DNA of 64,000 nt from Bacteroidales bacterium (GTDB taxonomy: Bacteria > Bacteroidota > Bacteroidia > Bacteroidales > GCA-2748055), in NCBI GenBank assembly GCA_029210585.1, contig JARGFP010000001.1, forward strand, positions 144,050 through 208,049. The letters are read 5' to 3'. Below the pieces are notes generated by a model. That model worked only from the letters and a program-made list of their open reading frames with translations. It was not told where the DNA came from and did no database searches. A program made the position numbers and the translations under genes. Positions 50,401-56,842 of this stretch are shown piece after piece. How positions within the stretch are numbered: the stretch's first letter is position 1; each line of letters starts with the position of its first letter.

Positions 50401-50443
50401 CTCACTCGGCTCATTTGACACTAAACGGTTGGTCTCAAGATGA
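47432..50443 (+). CDS. M1-family zinc metallopeptidase with long C-terminal extension
   Basis: Exact gluzincin signature HEIFH-X18-E ('HEIFHNWFYAALASNERKYPFMDEG') and a signal-like N-terminus. An alternative start (MKIPSG) lies at 47462. Confidence 0.9.
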   Translation: MAGIHPSKINMKIPSGTLDSRRFLCICLFAAVSFYTAFSQEYFQQEVKYTISVTLRDTSHELDAFEKIVYINHSPDTLHFIYFHLWPNAWSDNNTALARQVFQVNGPSKLFNDPELKGYIDALDFQVNGSQVQWNLLTDRPDICRIELNQPLEAGDTMHITTPFHVKIPSGATSRLGHIGESYQISQWYPKPAVYDRDGWHPMSYLDRGEFYSEFGSFDVRITLPSNYIVGATGNLHSQQEIEMLDALAADTSWTDASHIGKVPFPASTKQVKTLHYTANAVHDFAWFADKRFNVMKGHVSLPGSGREVTTWVMFTNRQSNLWKEALNYVNDAILWASMKTGDYPYQHFTAVQSDRSAGYGMEYPGIAVIGIAKDAYTLDVVLTHEIFHNWFYAALASNERKYPFMDEGITSAYTTRYLNQKYPYKKLWQVYLKNWELARFLDIDQLPVERMRELEWLIQARSNLEQPVNLPATEYSEINYGISLYNKADLAFNYLREFLGDSLFDAAMREYYQSWMFMHPQPNDLQQEFEKKPGKNLDWFFNDLIGTNQRLDYQMVRIKQRQVLIKNKGELVAPLIVAGMNGDSVFFEKWVDGFAGQQWIELPDGNYTEISIDPWHVMPEIHRMNNNIRKTGTFPRTDPIHTQLLFTLDDPEKHTLMYLPLINWTRENGFMAGLAVYNGMIIPKHAEFVVIPFYAFGNNDLAGFGKITYKITPYDTFIRLAEIYLEGIRFGAPGNQNYRKVTTGADLFFRNQDMRSPLSHQLSGEYIFASNLYQVELQEQAKMNFFIHYGYRLERRSTIHPFTLQAGYESGRSHQKTTVEFNYRLGYYGRKNGLDLRFFAGTMLKEDPKFPFYSFAPGGRSGRELYLFQETFPDRFAVFPTNLWSRQMSLSEGALVTPVNEHLGYSRWLVSLSLTSSLPGKISRLPLKPFVNLLINDQRAGSNNAPPIFYEAGIKTGLWNILEIYVPLLVSNNIASVGGPFKNRIRFVFSLGSFDTKRLVSR

Positions 50444-50462
50444 CGGGTGTACACGCTGACAT

Positions 50463-50499
50463 GTGTGAATCATGTAATTCTTTGGAATGATGATGTAAC
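50463..50499 (+). promoter_or_regulatory. Copy 2 of bipartite motif GTGTGAAT-N23-TGTAAC
   Basis: Exact 8-mer and 6-mer with a 23-nt spacer. It starts 20 nt after the M1 peptidase stop and ends 65 nt upstream of the ATG at 50565. Confidence 0.7.
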
Positions 50500-50564
50500 G
50501 CTTTCTGCATTGCAAATGCTGACCTTCGTATAGTAGAATCAGAAACAAAAATAAATTTAATTGT

Positions 50565-50750
50565 ATGTCCGTATTAACAATCCTTATCGTAATCCTGGTA
50601 GCCGGGGTGATACTCTGGCTGGTGAACAGTTACATTCCCATGCAACGAACAATCAAGACAATTCTGAATGTCGTTGTGATCGTCATCCTTGTGATTTGGC
50701 TGCTGAAAGTATTTGGCATTCTGGATAATTTAAACAGCATAAATATATAG
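50565..50750 (+). CDS. 61-aa two-TM membrane protein (resembles the Thivi_2564 family)
   Basis: 'LTILIVILVAGVILWLVNSYIPM...IKTILNVVVIVILVIWLLKVFG'. The family name is from memory. Confidence 0.65.
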   Translation: MSVLTILIVILVAGVILWLVNSYIPMQRTIKTILNVVVIVILVIWLLKVFGILDNLNSINI

Positions 50751-50951
50751 CAACACTTTGTGCTGAAAGAAATTCCAGGCAACAACCCGGAGGTCCGGTC
50801 TGGGAAATTGGCGCTTTTCAAGACTTCTATGAGAACAGGGAGAAGTCTATTGCATCAGGATGTAAGAACCATGTCACCAAACCATTAGACAGCGTCAGAT
50901 TAAACATAATGATCAACAACTATTTTTCAGAATTCATTAAAAACTAACATC

Positions 50952-51107
50952 ATGGGAAATTTACTTTACATTGTCGCAGTAATCCTGATTATTGCTTGGG
51001 CAATCGGCTTTATTGGGTACAGTGCAGGTGGGCTCGTACACGTTTTACTGGTAATAGCAGCTATTATAATTATAGTGAAGCTTTTGCAGGGAAGAAGGGT
51101 TTTTTAG
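50952..51107 (+). CDS. 51-aa two-TM membrane protein (lmo0937/DUF5670-like)
   Basis: Not in the ORF track (under 60 aa): MGNLLYIVAVILIIAWAIGFIGYSAGGLVHVLLVIAAIIIIVKLLQGRRVF. The two TM helices and basic C-terminal tail match the lmo0937 family as I recall it. Confidence 0.7.
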   Translation: MGNLLYIVAVILIIAWAIGFIGYSAGGLVHVLLVIAAIIIIVKLLQGRRVF

Positions 51108-51158
51108 AGGTTTTGAAAGCACTGTTTAAAATCTTCAACCATCAACAGGAGAATAAAG

Positions 51159-51204
51159 AAACGCCCCGTAAAACATGCAACATTGCATGTTTTACGGGGC
51201 GTTT
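51159..51204. terminator. 21-bp perfect hairpin, bidirectional terminator between convergent genes
   Basis: aaacgccccgtaaaacatgca-acat-tgcatgttttacggggcgttt, with A-rich 5' and T-rich 3' flanks. Confidence 0.75.
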
Positions 51205-51217
51205 TAAATATGCTGAT

Positions 51218-51898
51218 CTAGAACCTGTATCCCAGCGACAGTCCGTAGCCGGTATTTTTCAGCAATGCATTATTATCAGCACCTATCCGGTTGTCTTCAG
51301 GATTGATATTGATCAACCCAAGTTGTGTATTCAACTGCAAGAACAGTCCGGACGATAATTCGTAACCGAAAAACAGGTTGGCGCCGGCATCAAATGGCTT
51401 CATATATACCGTGGTAAGGGGATCGCCGGATTCCACCACATTCTGGAATTCAATATCCGTCTCAATTTCCACAGATCCGCTTTCGTAAATAACTTTACCG
51501 CTGATACCATATGCCACATAAGGACCGAATCCAAGCATAAAATAACCATTGCCAACCAGGGCCTTATAAACAAAATTCAGAGGCAGTTCAATATACGAAA
51601 GCTTGTATGTGCCTGTTATTGATAACATTGTGTTTTTAGCTCCTTTGGTGCTAAACATCAACCCGGGCTGAAAATAAAACTCGGGGGCAACAGGAAGCTG
51701 CAGATTAACCCCGGCGTGAAAACCGATGAGCAGGTCATTTTCCAGTTTGCTGCCATCTTCATGCTGTCCATTCAAATTTTGAAAATTAACGCCACCGAGA
51801 ATCGCAAAGGAAGTTTTTGAACCAGCAGGTCCCTGGGCAAATGCCACAGATCCTGTAAGTGCGAAAATCAGTATCAGTGAAAATATTTTACCTTTCAT
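51218..51898 (-). CDS. Outer-membrane beta-barrel (porin-family) protein
   Basis: Signal peptide ending AFAQ, alternating beta-strand pattern, C-terminal 'GYGLSLGYRF'. Confidence 0.8.
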   Translation of the reverse strand: MKGKIFSLILIFALTGSVAFAQGPAGSKTSFAILGGVNFQNLNGQHEDGSKLENDLLIGFHAGVNLQLPVAPEFYFQPGLMFSTKGAKNTMLSITGTYKLSYIELPLNFVYKALVGNGYFMLGFGPYVAYGISGKVIYESGSVEIETDIEFQNVVESGDPLTTVYMKPFDAGANLFFGYELSSGLFLQLNTQLGLININPEDNRIGADNNALLKNTGYGLSLGYRF

Positions 51899-51926
51899 TA
51901 TGTAATGTATTATAAATTATTAGAAA

Positions 51927-52607
51927 TTAATTGGACGCTTCTTTTGCTGCTTCAGCTTTCATTTTTTCATTGGCTGTGATCAGAAATTCAACCCTGCGGT
52001 TCTGGGTCTGACCTTCTGCTGTATCATTTGAGTATTTTGGTACATTTTCGCCAAAACCCTTGATTGATAAACGGTCGTATGTAATTCCCTTAACCGACAA
52101 ATAATCAGAAACCTTATTGGCCCGTTCTTCCGATAAGTTCTGGTTATAGGCTTCACTCCCTTTACTGTCGGTATGTCCTTGAATTTCAATATCGGTATCA
52201 GGATAATTATCCAATACGACAACCAGTTTATCCAGGTTTCTTCTGGCATCATCTGACAGATTTGATTGATCGAAAGCAAATAAAATGTTGCTGCTGAATT
52301 CCACAACAATCCCTTCGCCAACACGTTCAACTTTTGCATCGGGAACTGTTTTTGCAATTTCCTCCGCCTGTTTATCCATTTCCCTGCCAATTACGGCACC
52401 GGATGCACCACCTACGGCAGCACCAATTATTGCTCCAAGAGCTGTATTCCCCGAAGCACGACCTATGACTGCTCCTGCTGCACCACCTGTTGCAGTCCCA
52501 ACGGCGGCTCCTTTTTGTGTTTTATTCCATGAAGCACAGCCTGTAAAAAGGAATGCCACGCTTAAAACCACGGCTACACCCATTCTTAATTTTTTCATTT
52601 CTTGCAT
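51927..52607 (-). CDS. OmpA-family lipoprotein with N-terminal glycine-zipper
   Basis: Lipobox 'LFTGC', glycine zipper 'GAAVGTATGGAAGAVIG...GAIIGAAVGGASGAVIG', and an OmpA domain 'ILFAFDQSNL...IQGHTDSKGSEAYNQNLSEERA...NRRVEF'. Confidence 0.9.
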   Translation of the reverse strand: MQEMKKLRMGVAVVLSVAFLFTGCASWNKTQKGAAVGTATGGAAGAVIGRASGNTALGAIIGAAVGGASGAVIGREMDKQAEEIAKTVPDAKVERVGEGIVVEFSSNILFAFDQSNLSDDARRNLDKLVVVLDNYPDTDIEIQGHTDSKGSEAYNQNLSEERANKVSDYLSVKGITYDRLSIKGFGENVPKYSNDTAEGQTQNRRVEFLITANEKMKAEAAKEASN

Positions 52608-52649
52608 CTTAAATTTTGAATAAAGTTATATGCATTTACATCGTGAAAT

Positions 52650-52686
52650 GTTACACAACTCTTAGTATAAGTTACATTATTCACAC
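52650..52686 (-). promoter_or_regulatory. Copy 4 (minus strand) of bipartite motif GTGTGAAT-N23-TGTAAC
   Basis: The plus strand reads GTTACA-N23-ATTCACAC. The TGTAAC end lies 42 nt upstream of the ompA-like ATG (52607). Confidence 0.7.
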
Positions 52687-52704
52687 AATTCGGAATTGTA
52701 AAAA

Positions 52705-52741
52705 GTGTGAATAATGCAAACTTTCCTGTGAATGGTGTAAC
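52705..52741 (+). promoter_or_regulatory. Copy 3 of bipartite motif GTGTGAAT-N23-TGTAAC
   Basis: Exact 8-mer and 6-mer with a 23-nt spacer. It ends 41 nt upstream of the ATG at 52783 and is divergent from copy 4. Confidence 0.7.
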
Positions 52742-52782
52742 ACGATCATACGATAGGTTTTCTATTTTTAGCAACAGATGAC

Positions 52783-52929
52783 ATGCCCTGGAAACTGGCT
52801 GCTGAGCAGTCTGATCTGAGCGCCGGTGCGATACATTTCTATCATGGCAGCAGTAATCATCTTGCTGTTATTGAAGAGTGGAAGAAGCAGGATGACAAAA
52901 TCAGTGCATGGTGCGGGGAGTTGAAATAA
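52783..52929 (+). CDS. Candidate 48-aa small protein
   Basis: ATG...TAA ORF below the track cutoff: MPWKLAAEQSDLSAGAIHFYHGSSNHLAVIEEWKKQDDKISAWCGELK. The only support is its position 41 nt after motif copy 3, mirroring the 42 nt of copy 4. Confidence 0.3.
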   Translation: MPWKLAAEQSDLSAGAIHFYHGSSNHLAVIEEWKKQDDKISAWCGELK

Positions 52930-53122
52930 ACAACCAGATGAAAACCGGTGCTGCTCCTGGAAAGAACCGGATGCACTGTATTAAAGGAGCATCTGAAAAC
53001 GTTACAATAGAATGTGTATATTTATAGTGGTATAATGTAGCTGATTTTCAGCCCGGATACTCATGACAACAGGCATCATAAGGCGGATGGTCACTAAGTA
53101 TACATTGCAAAAACGGAAATAG

Positions 53123-55711
53123 TTGAAAAGTAAAAACACAATACCGTCAGCAACATCAAAAGTTAAGCCACCCGGACGAAATGCGGGAAAATTTCCTGTT
53201 GTGGGTATCGGTGCTTCGGCAGGTGGACTGGAAGCGCTGGAGAAAGTACTAAGCAATGTGCCGAAAAACAGCAACATGGCTTATGTAATCATTCAGCATT
53301 TGGATCCGACACAAAAAGGGATGCTCCCTGAATTACTGCAACGGGTTTCCGGCATGAAGGTTTTCCTGGTCGAAGACCGTATGATCGTAAAGCCTGACTG
53401 CGTATATGTCATTCCACCGAACAAGAGCATGTCCATATACAAGGGTGCGCTTCACCTGTTTGAACCAGTTGAAGCACGCGGACTTCGTCTTCCTGTTGAT
53501 TTCTTTCTACGCTCTCTGGCCGATGACCAGACTGAGTATGCAGTTGGTATAATCCTTTCGGGGATGGGCTCCGACGGCAGCAGTGGGATACGTGCTATAA
53601 AAGAAAAAAACGGGATTGTACTGGTACAGGAACCCGAAACAGCGCGATTTGACAGTATGCCACGGAATGCCATTGATTCAGGGCTTGTTGATATTGTCGC
53701 CCCACCTGACAAGTTGCCTTTTGAACTTATCAATTTTCTGAAGCACCTGCCTGTCGTTAAATCAAACCTGGATGTTGAAGTAAAAGATAAAAGCGCATTT
53801 GAGAAAATAATCATTTTACTGCGTACACATACAGACAATGATTTTTCACTCTATAAAAAAAATACGATCTACCGCCGTATAGAAAGAAGAATGGGCATCC
53901 ATAAAATTGACAATATCTATTCATATGTCCATTTTTTGCAGGAAAATCCAGAAGAGATACACGTCCTGTTCAAAGAATTATTGATTGGTGTTACTGGCTT
54001 TTTCCGTGATCCACAGGTCTGGGAAAAACTAAAAAAAAGACTGATATCCGGACTGAATGATAACATAAAATCCAATACACAATTACGGGCCTGGGTGCCT
54101 GGCTGCTCAACCGGAGAGGAAGCCTATTCTCTGGCCATCGTATTTAAGGAAGCGCTGGAAAAAGTCAATCCCAACTTGCGGGTATCATTGCAGATTTTTG
54201 CTTCCGATCTCGATCGTGATGCTATTGATGTTGCGCGCAAGGGAATTTTCCCGGAAAATATCGCAACCGATATGCCGTCCAGAAGGCTTAGTCGTTATTT
54301 TACCAAAACAGAGGACGGATTCCGCATCAATTCAGAAATAAGGGAAATGGTTGTGTTTGCCCAACACAACATCATTATGCATCCGCCATTTACCAAAATG
54401 GATTTTATTTCGTGCCGGAACCTGCTCATCTACATGAATCCCGAATTGCAGAAAAAAATACTGGGCTTGTTTTTCCACAGCCTCAACAATGAAGGGATTT
54501 TGATACTCGGCACCTCCGAAACGCTAGGTGTGCAAAACCATCTTTTTACGTCGGTTGATAACAGCCTGAAAATTTTCAAACGATCGGCTGATAATCACAG
54601 TACGATTTTGTACGATTTTCCATCTACATTTACAAGGGCCAAAATGGGAAACAGTGATCATACGGAACCTGACAAGCCAATAATGAATATCCAATCGCTG
54701 GCCGACCAACTGCTGCTGCAAAAATTTTTACCTGCCGGAGTCATGGTGAATGAAAACGGCGATATATTGTATATTAGCGGACGAACGGGAAAATACCTGG
54801 AGCCGGCAGTGGGAAAGGCAAACCTGAATATTTTTGCGATGCTAAGGCCCGGTTTTCATAATGATTTTGCCATTGCATTTCGCAAGGCGGTGATGAACCA
54901 GCAAACCGTGGAACTGGAGCATGTTAAAATAGGCACAAATGGAGACACATTAACTGTAAATGTAAATATTCAATGGATTGCTAAGCCTGAACCTTTACAC
55001 GGCAAGCTGATGATTATTTTTACAGATGTTCCGCAAACTGATGGTTCACACCTCCGGAAAAAAAAGGAAAAAAAAGGAGCAGTCAGCGCCAGGGAAGCTG
55101 AACTTGAGCAAGAATTAAAGCATGCCCGCGAAGAGCTACAAAATATTCTCGAAGAGATGCAAACTTCACAGGAAGAGCTTAAATCGACCAATGAAGAATT
55201 ACAATCAACCAATGAAGAACTGCAATCGACCAATGAAGAACTCACCACATCGAAAGAAGAAATGCAGAGCCTGAATGAAGAACTTCAGACAGTAAATGCC
55301 GAATTGATGGCGAAGGTGGAGGATTATTCACGGGTAAACAACGATATGAAAAACCTGCTCAACAGTACCGATATTGCTACCCTGTTCCTCGACAAAGATT
55401 TGAATATACGTCGTTACACCAACCAGGCAACAAAAATATTTAAGCTTATAAAAAGCGACATCGGGAGACCCTTTACCGACCAAGTTTCACAACTTCAATA
55501 TCCCGACCTTCCAGAAGATGCACGCGAAGTGCTGAGGACGCTCATTTTTATGGAAAAGCAAATACCAACCAAAGACGGAAGGTGGTTTTCCATCCGAATC
55601 ATGCCCTACCGTACCCTGGACGACCGGATTGACGGATTGGTTATCACGTTTATTGATATATCAGAATTAAAACTGGTGGAAGAAAAATTACAAAAAATGA
55701 ATAAGTCATGA
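53123..55711 (+). CDS. CheB methylesterase - CheR methyltransferase - PAS fusion signalling protein
   Basis: CheB-like 'VVGIGASAGGLEAL...IIQHLDP', CheR-like 'TGFFRD...RAWVPGCSTGEEAYS', a coiled coil with 'STNEELQSTNEELQSTNEEL', and flanking PAS-like regions. The start is TTG at 53123, with no upstream ATG in frame. Confidence 0.9.
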   Translation: MKSKNTIPSATSKVKPPGRNAGKFPVVGIGASAGGLEALEKVLSNVPKNSNMAYVIIQHLDPTQKGMLPELLQRVSGMKVFLVEDRMIVKPDCVYVIPPNKSMSIYKGALHLFEPVEARGLRLPVDFFLRSLADDQTEYAVGIILSGMGSDGSSGIRAIKEKNGIVLVQEPETARFDSMPRNAIDSGLVDIVAPPDKLPFELINFLKHLPVVKSNLDVEVKDKSAFEKIIILLRTHTDNDFSLYKKNTIYRRIERRMGIHKIDNIYSYVHFLQENPEEIHVLFKELLIGVTGFFRDPQVWEKLKKRLISGLNDNIKSNTQLRAWVPGCSTGEEAYSLAIVFKEALEKVNPNLRVSLQIFASDLDRDAIDVARKGIFPENIATDMPSRRLSRYFTKTEDGFRINSEIREMVVFAQHNIIMHPPFTKMDFISCRNLLIYMNPELQKKILGLFFHSLNNEGILILGTSETLGVQNHLFTSVDNSLKIFKRSADNHSTILYDFPSTFTRAKMGNSDHTEPDKPIMNIQSLADQLLLQKFLPAGVMVNENGDILYISGRTGKYLEPAVGKANLNIFAMLRPGFHNDFAIAFRKAVMNQQTVELEHVKIGTNGDTLTVNVNIQWIAKPEPLHGKLMIIFTDVPQTDGSHLRKKKEKKGAVSAREAELEQELKHAREELQNILEEMQTSQEELKSTNEELQSTNEELQSTNEELTTSKEEMQSLNEELQTVNAELMAKVEDYSRVNNDMKNLLNSTDIATLFLDKDLNIRRYTNQATKIFKLIKSDIGRPFTDQVSQLQYPDLPEDAREVLRTLIFMEKQIPTKDGRWFSIRIMPYRTLDDRIDGLVITFIDISELKLVEEKLQKMNKS

Positions 55712-56280
55712 TCAACGATAATATAGACTATACCGATGCAAAACAGCTGCGCGAGAAAGCTGAAAAGAAATTGACCGAGAGGAAATTGAATAAAAAACAA
55801 TTGACTGCCAGGCAAACCAAAGAGAACAGATTGCTGGCGGAAACACTTCTGCACGAAATACAGGTTCACGAGATCGAATTGGAGATGCAAAATGAGGAGT
55901 TGCGACAGGCCTACCAAACAGCAGAAAAAGCCTTAAAAAAATATACCATGTTGTTTGATCTGGCCCCCATCGGTTATTTCACCCTTGATGTTGATGGATC
56001 CATCTGCGAACTGAATTTTACAGGGGCAGATATGTTGGGTGAAAGGCGCTTTAGCCTGGTCAACAGTAATTTCAAACTTTTTGTTTCAGATGAATCGAGA
56101 CTGGTATTCAATAGTTTTTTTAAAAAGTTATATACCAACGAGGCCAAAGAATCCTGCGAAGTATCACTTGTTCATAACGATAAGCATCTCTTCCGGGTAT
56201 ATATGGAAGGAGTAGTTACAGAGGATGAACAAAAATGCCTGATGACGGTGGTCGATATTTCGAAATTCCTGGATAGGTGA
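55708..56280 (+). CDS. Coiled-coil + PAS domain protein
   Basis: 'HEIQVHEIELEMQNEELRQA' linker then a PAS-like core ('APIGYFTLDVDGSICELNFTGADMLG'). There is a 4-nt ATGA overlap with the upstream gene. Confidence 0.75.
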   Translation: MINDNIDYTDAKQLREKAEKKLTERKLNKKQLTARQTKENRLLAETLLHEIQVHEIELEMQNEELRQAYQTAEKALKKYTMLFDLAPIGYFTLDVDGSICELNFTGADMLGERRFSLVNSNFKLFVSDESRLVFNSFFKKLYTNEAKESCEVSLVHNDKHLFRVYMEGVVTEDEQKCLMTVVDISKFLDR

Positions 56281-56281
56281 A

Positions 56282-56842
56282 TCACACATCTTCAAGTGAG
56301 TCGCGCCTCCTGTTTGTGAGCATTTTGTACTGGGTTAAAGTTAACCCTGTAAATTTTTTAAACTGATTTGAAAGATGCGCAATACTGCTGTATTTCAGCA
56401 TGTATGCTATTTCTGAAAGATTAATCTCATCATACACGATTAATTCCTTTACCCTTTCAATCTTATGTCTCAGGTAAAACTTTTCAATGGTAACCCCGGT
56501 CTTTTCTGAAAAAAGATTGGCAAGATAGGTATAGTTATAATTCAGCTTTTCGCTGAGAAAGTCAGACAGGTTGACTTTAATCTGCTCCTCGGTATAATGC
56601 ACAAGCTCAATAATCAGACTTTTCGTTTTTTCAACCAGTATGCTTTGTTTATCATCCATCAAAAACAGCCCGAATGCTTCTAAGGCTGTTTCCAATTGCT
56701 TTTTTTGCCCGGATTGTATTTCTCCGATAATTTCAGCTTCTCCAATATCGACATAGGAATACTGCAACCCGATTTTTTCCAGTTCGGTTTTCACTACCAT
56801 CTGGCAGCGGATGCACACCATATTCTTAATATATAACTTCAA
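56282..56842 (-). CDS. AraC-family transcriptional regulator with N-terminal CxxC (HMA-like) domain
   Basis: C-terminal AraC HTH ('SEIAYMLKYSSIAHLSNQFKKFTGLTLTQYK') and N-terminal 'KLYIKNMVCIRCQMVVKTELEKIG'. I prefer the TTG at 56842 (giving MKLYIKNMVC). ATGs at 56890 or 56821 are alternatives. The ORF-track start at 57049 overlaps the MFS gene. Confidence 0.8.
   Translation of the reverse strand: MKLYIKNMVCIRCQMVVKTELEKIGLQYSYVDIGEAEIIGEIQSGQKKQLETALEAFGLFLMDDKQSILVEKTKSLIIELVHYTEEQIKVNLSDFLSEKLNYNYTYLANLFSEKTGVTIEKFYLRHKIERVKELIVYDEINLSEIAYMLKYSSIAHLSNQFKKFTGLTLTQYKMLTNRRRDSLEDV

Noticed and set aside
50829-50866. Possible fifth, degenerate motif copy (ATGAGAAC-N24-TGTAAG) upstream of the lmo0937-like gene
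   Set aside because: Only 5/8 and 5/6 matches, the wrong spacer length (24), and about 86 nt from the ATG. This is indistinguishable from chance.
50996-51358. 120-aa ORF in the track
   Set aside because: It runs across the 21-bp terminator hairpin and into the convergent porin gene. The lmo0937-like 51-aa frame (50952-51107) explains the region better.
55184-55246. 21-bp tandem DNA repeat x3 (TCGACCAATGAAGAATTACAA-like)
   Set aside because: It encodes the STNEELQ heptad repeat of the coiled-coil linker that is characteristic of CheB/CheR-PAS fusion proteins. It is a protein-level feature, not a CRISPR or SSR element.
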